Shown piece by piece: positions 53,909 through 64,000 of a DNA stretch of 64,000 nt. The DNA is taken from assembly GCA_012295275.1 (NCBI GenBank), contig CM022678.1, positions 15,190,001-15,254,000 of the forward strand. The letters run 5' to 3'. Within the stretch, counting starts at the first letter, position 1. Every line of letters begins with the position of its first letter. A model generated the notes under the pieces. That model did not search any database. It saw only the letters and a list, made by a program, of their open reading frames with translations, and had not been told where the DNA came from. A program made the translations under genes and the position numbers. Source of the stretch: Chrysomallon squamiferum. Lineage: Eukaryota; Animalia; Mollusca.

Positions 53909-55059
53909 TTTAGTTGTTTGGACAGTAAAAAAACATTTTCAATTCATTAGTTGGAAAAGTGAAAATGTTCAAGAGTTTTATACTTTAATTTCCAGTTATC
54001 ACAATATTTACAAATGTTAATACATATATTTACATCCAAAGCATACATCCTCAGCCTCAAAATTAGGTATGGGTATCAGTACATCTGAAACAAGAGATAA
54101 ACAATCACCATGTTAAGAAAAACTCTAAGAAAAAGTGCTAAATTTAGTTTATTTTTAATATGTTGAATAGAACAATGTAAACCCTTACTTATTCTTAAAC
54201 AAATAATTAGGTAAATTATCTCACTGTATGTAAAATGTTGGTTGAAAATATGTTTAAAAGTCAAAAATTGTCAATTTTGGCAATATTTATTGTGTTGCAA
54301 AACATCAGTGTACAGTTTAATCCTTACTTCTTTTTTTTTAATGATAAATAATTTTTTCTTTGGTTTGTAAAAAATATTTAAAATATCACTTTACATCCTT
54401 TTCTTAAAAAGGTGATGATAAAAAAAATTGTAGCTTAATTAATCTAAATATTTATATAAATAAGAGAAATGAAATCATATGTGCACTATAGTCGTGTTTT
54501 TAATATTATTGGTTCAACTGTGTCTTTTCTGAATATTATCCAAATAATGCAAACTGGACATTAAAATTCATCATAAAATAATATAATGTTATTCCCAATA
54601 TAAATAAATATGTTAAAGAGAATTAACAACAACATAGTCTTCATTGAGGTACACTAAATAATTATAACAGATACTTATTTTAATACACTTAATTCTTCTA
54701 ATTATCTTGTTTTTATTAAGGATCTATAATTTTATTTTTCTTCTTATATTTAATATTTATTCTGTTTTTAAGTACATGAAAATATATCTGGTCAACAAAG
54801 TTTACTTTTGTGAGCAAATGTCAATAGTTAGCTAATTATCACAAGAAATGTTGAAATACAAATTTGAATAAATATAAATAGATGACATTTCTCAATGTAA
54901 TATTTACAAATTCTACCACTGGAAATTAAACACAGAACATTAATTTTTCTGATTTAATTTATATACAATCTGCTGTCAATAGGAGAACAAAAATATGAAC
55001 TAAAATAAAATTACCAATTTTATGAGATTATATTTCGTAAATGTAGTTACTGAAAATCT

Positions 55060-55091
<32 letters not shown>

Positions 55092-57469
55092 TGAAAATAA
55101 AAATGCGATTTAGTCTGTTCTGTTGAATAAATTGATAAAAAAAACACAACCAAAACTACATCCTTCAGAAAACTATTAAAGATTCATTAGGTTTTAACCC
55201 TTAATCAAATTAAGTAACATATCAATTCAGTATAAAATCTCAACTTCAAGGTTATTATGCCATTGTTATGTTCATTTTCACAAGAAAAGAAGAACTACAG
55301 GTTGCTCTGGCATTTTCTTTTTTACATGGACAGTGTAAATAGCATGAAATATTCATTGATATTTTAATAGTAATAATAAATGTTACAAATTAGTAACAAG
55401 GATAGGATTATAGAAATATGTTAAAAACATTAAGGTATATCTCCATATCCGAATACAAAGAAAAATAGTTTAATACAGATTACTCAAAGTGCTAATTTTT
55501 TAATTTGAAAATAAAACAAATAATTAAATAAATAAATAATAGACTATTCCAAAACATACAATTCATTTGATCAATAAAATATGAAATCTGATATAATACA
55601 GAAAAAAAAATAAAAAAAACATTGCTGATGAATTTTCTATTATGTTAACATTTACAACATTGGTTAGCTACCTAATGTTTTATAGTACATTTAACTGACT
55701 AAAACGTAATGTATTTTTATTTTCACATTACTTGTTACAATCAGTACAAATGGCTTACTTCTGGAAAGAACATGACCCATGAACAAATAAACATTCAAAA
55801 CAAATTACACACATATGGAAGGAAATAAATGAGAAAGAAATAAAATAAAATACTTAAGGTGTATTATGTTAATATTCTTAATAAATATATATACCCTTCC
55901 ATATAAATAAGTTTTATGTTGACAGTTGAGTTGCAAAAACATAATTTTATAAAAATGTTGTTTAGCTTTGATAAAAAGATTTCTGAAAATGAAAATGACA
56001 TTTTCACACATTCAAGAAGAAAATCCAGAAACAGACATAAACAGGACATACAAAAACAATCCAGAAGAAAATATAAAATTTGATTTTTTTTCTTATTAAA
56101 TGCAATCAAACAGGAGCTGCTAATGCATCATTACCAAGATTAAAAACTGAATCATTTTTTTTCTTCTATATACAAACAATGTACACATTAATTACTAAGA
56201 TTTTAAAAACAACACTAGTTATTGTCGGGGGAATTTTTATATTTATTTAAATATTAAAATGTATTAACAAATATACAGATAGTTTCAGTCACTCAAATAT
56301 ACACCTATACATCCGCAGTAATATTTACAAAAATGTACTAAAATTTAAATACATATTTAATAAAATGGTGCAAAGCTGCAACCAATTTCAAAACTTAAGA
56401 GGAAAAGAGATTTTAAAAGTTTAATTTCTGAGACAAACATACTCAAAGATTAAAATATTTATTATTCACTATGCTCCATATTTTATTTCTGGTTGCCAGG
56501 TATATAGGAAAGTATAGCAAAAGAAAACAAATGATTTCAGTTATAATTTTGATAACACAGGCAGTTCACAGTCAAAAATAGGCATCATTTTGAACAATGT
56601 TACTTTGTACGTAAACTATTTAAAAATGAATAATTTAACCTAATTCTAATGCAAAAATTTGTAATATATTAAAAGATGATGAACATTTGGAAGTTTGCAT
56701 ATTAAAGTCTGAAAAGGATCTACTCCAAAAAGTTTTGATTTCTGGATTTGGTTTATCTTATTTTTTCTTCTTTTTCACAATAATATAGCCACATCTGTAT
56801 TCTGCTCTATGCAAAGTATGAATAAAAAATAGACAGAATTTGTTTACTAAAACATGTTTATATACCTGTAAATGATTTTTTTATATTGTTTTTAATGGAT
56901 TCAAAAAGTCAACGTATTTTATTCACCAGTAAATGTTTTAAAATGATCATTTAGACCAAATTAAATGATCCGAAATATCATATATTATGGACAAATAGGC
57001 AGTGGTATTTAAAATAATAGTAATAATAATAATTTGAAAGAATTATTAAAAATAAATGAAGATTTTATGAAAATCAGTTTTAAAGCTGAATTATGATACA
57101 TTAATTAAATTAACTGTGTAGTCTAACACCCACTTTACATATTCTGAATCTTGAACATTTAACATTTTATATTATGAATTTCTAAAAAGAAATGTTTTAT
57201 AATTAATTATATTATCATGTATTATTTCACAGAATCTGAACAAGAATAACAAATAACTGATTTGTTTTTTTCACTCAAACATTTCCACATTATTAATATC
57301 ACATCGCTTTTTATAAAAGCTCACTGCTATGACACTAACACAGAGATGATTAAGAAAAGAAATGTGTTCAGCCTGGATGGGCTGACCTGACATACACTAG
57401 CATTTTGTTCTACACAGAAAGTAACTCTCACAGCAACTGAAGCTTACATTCATCATAGAACAGCTGTTT

Positions 57470-60400
57470 TCAAAGCAGTGGTTGCTGCGGCGGGAGGGGC
57501 TGGTACATGTGGGGTACTGCACTAAAGTTCTGATTCATATTGGCTGGGTCAGGCTGATTGATGGGTGGAGCTACTCCACTGGGTAAGGGTTGAGGAGCAA
57601 CCGGCATTGTGTTCACGTCTGGCGGTAACGACTGGTACACAGTCGGTGGCACTTGACTGGGCATGCTGCAATCAGAAATACACTTTTAACATTCATCAAG
57701 TTTTTAAATGTATTATTAAATTATGAATGAAGTTTATTTCAAGACCAGCTCATTTCTGCACGCTGCAATCAAAAATAAAATTTTATAACTTTTGAAGTTT
57801 TTAAATGTATTATTAAATTGTGAATGAAGTTTATTTCAACACCCGCTCATTTCTGCATTCTGCAATTATGAAAAATATACTTTTATAATTCATCAAGTTT
57901 TTAAATGTATTATTAAATTATGAATGAAGTTTATTAATGAACAGTTCAGTTCAGCATGTTATATAAATGTGAATGTAGTATTATATGAAAGTAATAATAA
58001 AATATTTTCAAATATTTATGTAATTAAAAACCAGATAATCACAATCAGTTGATACTGACTGACTTAATTAGCACTCCTCATCCTCACCTATAATTCACTA
58101 GATACAATAAAAAAAATCATTTCAGAAAAAAATAAATAAAAATAATGTACCTGGAAAATGGCTGACTAACACTTGGTTGTTGTGTGTACCCTTCAGGTGG
58201 TGGCATTACTGGCCCTGGGGCCATCTGTCCTTGACCTTGTGGTGGTAAGTGACCCTGAGGTATAGGGCCAGAAGGTAAGTATGTAGGTTGTCCACCATAG
58301 GCAGCCTACAATAAGAAAAACTTTCATTAAATAAATAGTAATAAATTATTCATACATTGTAAATAAAAAAGGCTACAAATGACTGGAATTCTGATGCATC
58401 AGTTAAAAAATATAGGTGGACTGCAGTAAAATATTTTTCCTTTAATCATATTAAATTATTTACCAACAGTGGTAGGAATGGGAAATTTAGAAATGAATTA
58501 ACTGAGAAATGAAAAAAAAAATTATTTCTTGAACAACATTTACCAGTCTTGTTGACATTATGAAGTTTTGCAGTCAGTCAATAAAAATCTGTTATTATTA
58601 TTATTATTATTATTTTTATTACCTTTTTTATAAAAATTTGTTCACACAGTATTAAATTATATATATATTTTTTCCTCACCTGTGCAGGTAATGTTCCTGG
58701 AGGTAAGAACTGCTGTGTTGTCGTCATGGTGTATCCATAGCCTGGATTTTCCTTCATCAGAGAGTGGTACATCTGCAGTGCCTCCATTACCTTCTTGTTC
58801 AAGTCTTCCAAGTTGGCATGGTTCCTACACATTGTTACAAGTCTCTTTAATAAATATGTATTTACCTTTGTTTGACACCCAATAGCCAACACCTTTTGTT
58901 ATGACAAAAGGTGGGGGGTCAATAAATATTCACTGATTCATAATAAATATGTATTTACCTTTGCTTGACACTCAGTACTGGGGGGGTTTTCGTGCTGGGA
59001 TTATCGATAAACATTCATTGAGTCATTAATAAATAAATATAATGCCTTTCTTTTGAACAATTATACTGACATTCTCTCAGCTTCTTATTCAAATATTCCA
59101 AAAATCCTTCCTGAATATTATTAAAAAAACTTTCTTTCATAACTAAATATGATGTCCTTGCAAGTAAATAATACACAGATATTCCCATAGCTTCATATCC
59201 ACGTTAGCACTGATTCCTATAATTGTTAAAAATTCTCTTTAATAAATAAATAAATATAATGCTGTTCTTACAGACATTGTCTGGGTTCTAATCAAAATAT
59301 CTTAATGGTGCTGGACATTCAGTTGTAAATAGATGCTGTAAGTGCTGTTGTTGCTCTATTTACAAATTTACTTGTACACGTCTGTTAAATGAGCAAATGA
59401 AATTTCTTATCTGCTGTAATTTCCATTCAGCAGATGGAAACAGTCCATTTTTTTTTTTTTTTTAACTTCTGGTTTGATTGAGTGTGCAGTGAGGAATTGT
59501 CCTGACACTGATTTCAGCACATTCAGGACATTAATTTACACGATCTATTTTAAACATTTCTAAGAAAAACTTGTATACAAATATTCTACAATGAACTGTT
59601 TTATGATAAATAATATACACACAGTTATGTAGAGATTTCCTGACTGATTCTATAAAATAAACAATTAATACTGTTACACCTTTGTCACTAGAGCAGTAAG
59701 GGTATGTCCAAATATATACATTCTGACTTAGGTTGGATTTCACAGAACAATCCACATCTGTAATGCAGGGCATTTGTCTAGACTTAAATTTAGAATTTTT
59801 TTATTTTTCTTTATTTAGTAGATCAGAATAAATGTAACTATAAAAGGTCAAATACCCACCTATCTATTTTCTCTAACTCTGCATCTATCAGTGGACCCAT
59901 TACTTTGCACTGTTCTGTAATAACAACAATGATGACAATGATGATAAATATTTATGAATATCTAAACATGTTTTTCAAATACTTGTTTTATTTTGTGTTT
60001 TATAACCATAAAAACACATATCAATTTTAAAATAATAATGGTAACAACAGCAGCAGCAGTTGAAAATATGAAATACTAACAGAATTGCATGGAAACATAT
60101 TTCAATTAATCTGGTTATCAGAATGGTATGTATATACATATAAATATAAATAATTCCTACCTTCCAAGTTAAGCATTTCTGCAGAGTCTGGCTGGTTAAT
60201 TCCTGTAGGATCAGCATTCTGAATCAGTTGTAAAGTTTCGTCTATTTTGCTCTGTGAAAACCAATGACTATTTTCTCAGGAACTTGTGAAAATCATGTTT
60301 ATATTTTTCTTTCTTAACATTTTGAAATGCTTATTTTATATATATATATATATATATTCACACTGTCTACAAATTGTAACTTTTAAAGTAAAAAATATTT

Positions 60401-61583
60401 TAACATTGGATGAGGTTCTTTAGGAACATTAAAAACAAAATACAAACTTGAAACATTTCTAATATTTAGCTTTAAAAGTAATGATATAATCAGTTCATAT
60501 TAAAATTATTCAAGTTGCTAGGGAAGAAATTAATATCTCAAGATATAGTGAAATTCTGCTATATATTTAAGACAATAATAAAAAAAAAACAATAAAAAAA
60601 AACATGATAACTGATTTAACCATTAACATGCTTCCTCATGACCTCTTTTCATCTGTCTGTGAGCTTTTTAATGCCACCTTCACAAAATTATTTAGGTTTA
60701 ACTAGATATTTACTATATTAAAAAAAAAAAAACAGTCAGAACTTTCATTTGAACCTGATATTTTACATACTGAAAAATTCTCAAGTAATTGTGTAATTTC
60801 AAATTTTTTTAGTGGAAAATTTTATTAAAATACCAGTAGTTAAAACACACACACAGGTTTAGTTATATAAAATGTTTACATACTTCATCAATCTCTACAT
60901 TTTCTGCTGGGATAGCTTCCACTGTTTTAACCTGAACTTCTTCACTGAACTGCACACTTTTCTTCTCTTTTGCTACAAAAACAATATTTTACTTAGTAAT
61001 AACAACACATTACTAACACATTATCTTACTTAGTAATAACAACACATTACTAACACTATTTTACTTAGTAATAACAACACATTACTAACACATTATCTTA
61101 CTTAGTAATAACAACACATTACTAACACTATTTTACTTAGTAATAACAACACATTATCTTACTTAGCAATAACAACACATTACTAACACTATCTTACTTA
61201 GTAATAACACATTACTAACACAATATCTTAGTAATAACAACACATATCTTACTTAATAACAACACATTACTAAGACAGTATAGATGTTCTTTAACCAAAA
61301 AAATTCAAACTTTCTTATTCAAAATAATGTATCACTTGTCAATAGCATTAATTCTTATATTAAACAGTATTAATGCTGATAGTTTAATTGTTTTCTTTCT
61401 TTGTTTTAATGTTTAAACAGACAAAACGTCATACCCTCCTCTGGTTCCACTGTAAGGTCAGCGGTAACAAAGTTTGCAGGAAACAGACCCTCACCTCGAT
61501 GGTTGGAACCCTTCCACCAGTTTGGATCACTAAAAATTTTAAAACATTTTTTTTTATTAAACTAGCATTTTTTTTTCGGAACA

Positions 61584-61615
<32 letters not shown>

Positions 61616-63719
61616 AAATGTATATATATATATATATTTATATATATATTTTACAAAAGGAAAACTAATTTTGTGAACCTTTTTAAGACTAATTGATATG
61701 GAAATAATCAATTTGTATTAACTGACAAAATCAGTTTCCTTAGTGCATCCAACAGTCTATTTCCCATTCCAAATAAAGCTTTTTATGTAATCTTTAGTAA
61801 AGCAGATGCTGCTGTCACTAACAGTAGCAGAATATTTTTATTTTCCTTTTATTTATTATTTAAATAACAGTGTTGAAGAAATACCTGACATTTAATATAT
61901 TGATGAGTTGACATTATTTAAATAACAGTGTTGATTAAATACTTGACATTTAATATCTTGAAGGGTTGATGTTTTAAAAACAATAACAGTATTGATAAAA
62001 CATCTGTTATCTGTTATCTAGTACACTGATGAGTTGACATTTTCTTTACAATAACAATGTTAATTAAATACCGACGTCTAACATACTGATATACCTTTTT
62101 GAATGACAGAATTGTTAACAAAATACCTGTCATCTAAAACATTGATAAGTTCTCCAGCCTTGAATGTCAACTCATTATCTTCTGCTGCTTCAAAATCATA
62201 AAGTGCTCGAACCTTCCTGGACTCTCTCTGAGCTGACGTTGAAGCATAGACTCCAGACACTGAATTTACACTAGATGGGTACAGACTGGTAGATGTCTTA
62301 GTTGTCTTCTTTTCAGCTTCTTGCAGAGATAATGCAATAGCTGAAACAGAACACAACAACAAACCAGTACAATATACTTCTTCTGGTGTATGAAAAGAAG
62401 AAAGAAAATAGTAGCTTCTTTATTACCTTCATACAAAATAGCTGCACATCTCTGTTATCATGGGTTTTTTTAAAATTATTATTGTCAGGGTTCTATTTCT
62501 GCATTAGATATAAATATTAAACATCTATTACCATATATACCATATAACTACAACTATTGCTGTTGTACATTGTTATTAATTAAAATTAGACAGCTATCAA
62601 AACAACTTGAAAGAAAGCAGCATATGGACTGCTTCTTCTTAATTCTAATGTATTGGGTTGCAATAAAAAACATTTTTAAACTGATTGTGTTTGAAAGCAT
62701 GTAGTTTTGTTCCTCACTTGACACATAAAATATGTGATATATATATAGATAGATAGATTCTGAAAGGTGAGCATATATGAAGTTGAATGAATCTATATAC
62801 ATATAAAGGAAATAATCTTTGAATTTCAAAAAAATGCCATGAAATCTCTGTTCAAATGCTATATGTTATTATTAAGAACAGAGCAGGTTCTGTTTCAACA
62901 GTGTTGATTAAAGAAATGAATCAGTTGTAAGGGATATTAACTGTGATCAAACTCACCCTGTGCAATATCATCTTCTTCTTTTGCCACATCAACACTTGTT
63001 GAGGTTTTCTTTGGCTGAGTTAAAAACAAAACCATTACTTACACAATCAGTAACCAAGCTTAACCACAACAAATGAAATTTTTCAATGAAAATAATTGTT
63101 TTCCCTTTGTTTTCATATGTCCAGCTTTTAGTTATAAGTAGGAAATTCTCCACTGAGAATAAATTTCAATCAAACACTTTTTACACCATCCTATAATATT
63201 ATTATCAATAAATGTAATTAAATAAAACAATTAAAAAATTCCTTTTTTGTTTTGGTCAATTTTTGACAAAATTAAACTAAACAAATATATATAATTTTAT
63301 AAATTTGTAATGAAAATGAAAATGTGAAAATTAAAAACAAAAATATTATTTCACAATCAGATAAGTTAAGTTAGTAACTACAACTTTCAGGGTTATATAA
63401 AAAATAATTAGGTAATTTGAATTAGATTACATTTTATATTTTTATTTACTTTATTTATATTAATCTTTAGTGTTATATGAAAATGAAAGGAAGGTTTAAT
63501 AAAAATTAATTGGATTTAGCATGACTAATATTCTACTATAATAGAATACTAACTGTATCAATGCTGTTCTACCTAAATACATATATACTAGACCTTACAA
63601 AAATTTTTTAAAAATCAAAACATAATAATTAATACTGAAAAATTTAACTCACCCCTGCATCAGGATCTGAAAAATCAGTACCTTCTTTCTTCAGTGTTTC
63701 ATAAAAAGATGGAATAAGA
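57470..63719 (-). CDS. STAM: Signal transducing adaptor molecule (ESCRT-0 subunit; end of VHS, UIM, SH3, GAT, P/Q-rich tail); 5' part lies beyond the window
   Basis: Minus-strand exons 63719-63653, 63014-62957, 62340-62127, 61529-61435, 60972-60884, 60251-60161, 59914-59860, 58824-58680, 58305-58151, 57665-57470 are all phase-consistent. UIM: [18 protein letters not shown]3: [23 protein letters not shown]...SDPNWWKG...[12 protein letters not shown]: [14 protein letters not shown]. The C-terminus is QQPLL*. Confidence 0.96.
57666..57958 (-). repeat. 97-bp tandem repeat x3 starting at the STAM last-exon acceptor
   Basis: Copies start at 57666, 57763 and 57860, each with plus-strand ctgcaat (minus-strand attgcag). 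Confidence 0.85.
60985..61272. repeat. ~35-37-bp minisatellite in a STAM intron (ttacttagtaataacaacacattactaacac...)
   Basis: About 8-9 variable copies sit immediately upstream of the minus-strand acceptor at 60973. Confidence 0.9.
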
Positions 63720-63753
63720 CTGGGGGAAAAAAAGCAAATTAAATAAAAAGCAA

Positions 63754-63803
<50 letters not shown>

Positions 63804-64000
63804 TAATAATAAACTGTGATAACAAAAATAATCTACATTGGTAAACTAATTTTATAATCTATATGGCTTTTAGTATTTTATGAAAATAAAAATACATAAG
63901 TCAATGATGCACACACATTATACATATACAAAAATAAAAATAAAAATCAAACCAGAAACAGTTATTGGATTGCTGTTTACCAGAAGTGTATAATTACCAG

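Noticed and set aside
59403-59440. Short hairpin atctgctg...cagcagat in a STAM intron
   Set aside because: An 8-bp core stem is too short for a pre-miRNA, and no snoRNA boxes are evident.

Overview
This is AT-rich, microsatellite-dense eukaryotic (animal) genomic DNA, probably from a lophotrochozoan such as a mollusc; the taxon is inferred, not shown. Bases 1-18 kb are a non-coding regulatory region upstream of an odd-skipped-related (Osr) three-zinc-finger gene (+, CDS 18275-24231). Next is a ~21-exon type-I membrane receptor gene (+, 26686-41843) with a signal peptide, six CUB domains, a TM helix, two PPxY motifs and a PDZ-binding tail. Then comes an unannotated ~2.1 kb tandem duplication with a third degenerate copy (43.2-47.7 kb). 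Its intact copy looks like a spliced gene for a 39-aa acidic repeat micropeptide ((P)M[D/E]VDPF x3, ending PMDTS), and its 3' exon carries an antisense copy of its own start region. PSMD14/Rpn11 follows (+, 48882-53850), convergent with the 3' part of STAM (-, 57470 to beyond the window end). Most ORF-track entries are microsatellite artefacts. Highlights: the micropeptide/hairpin locus; a GC-AG donor with a possible 4-nt microexon in the CUB gene; repeated tandem duplication of exon-intron junctions; a Tigger4/Zombi-like pogo MITE; and an AAGGGA-n-AACTC motif at promoters. All exon models were derived by hand from splice signals and reading phase, with no database search.
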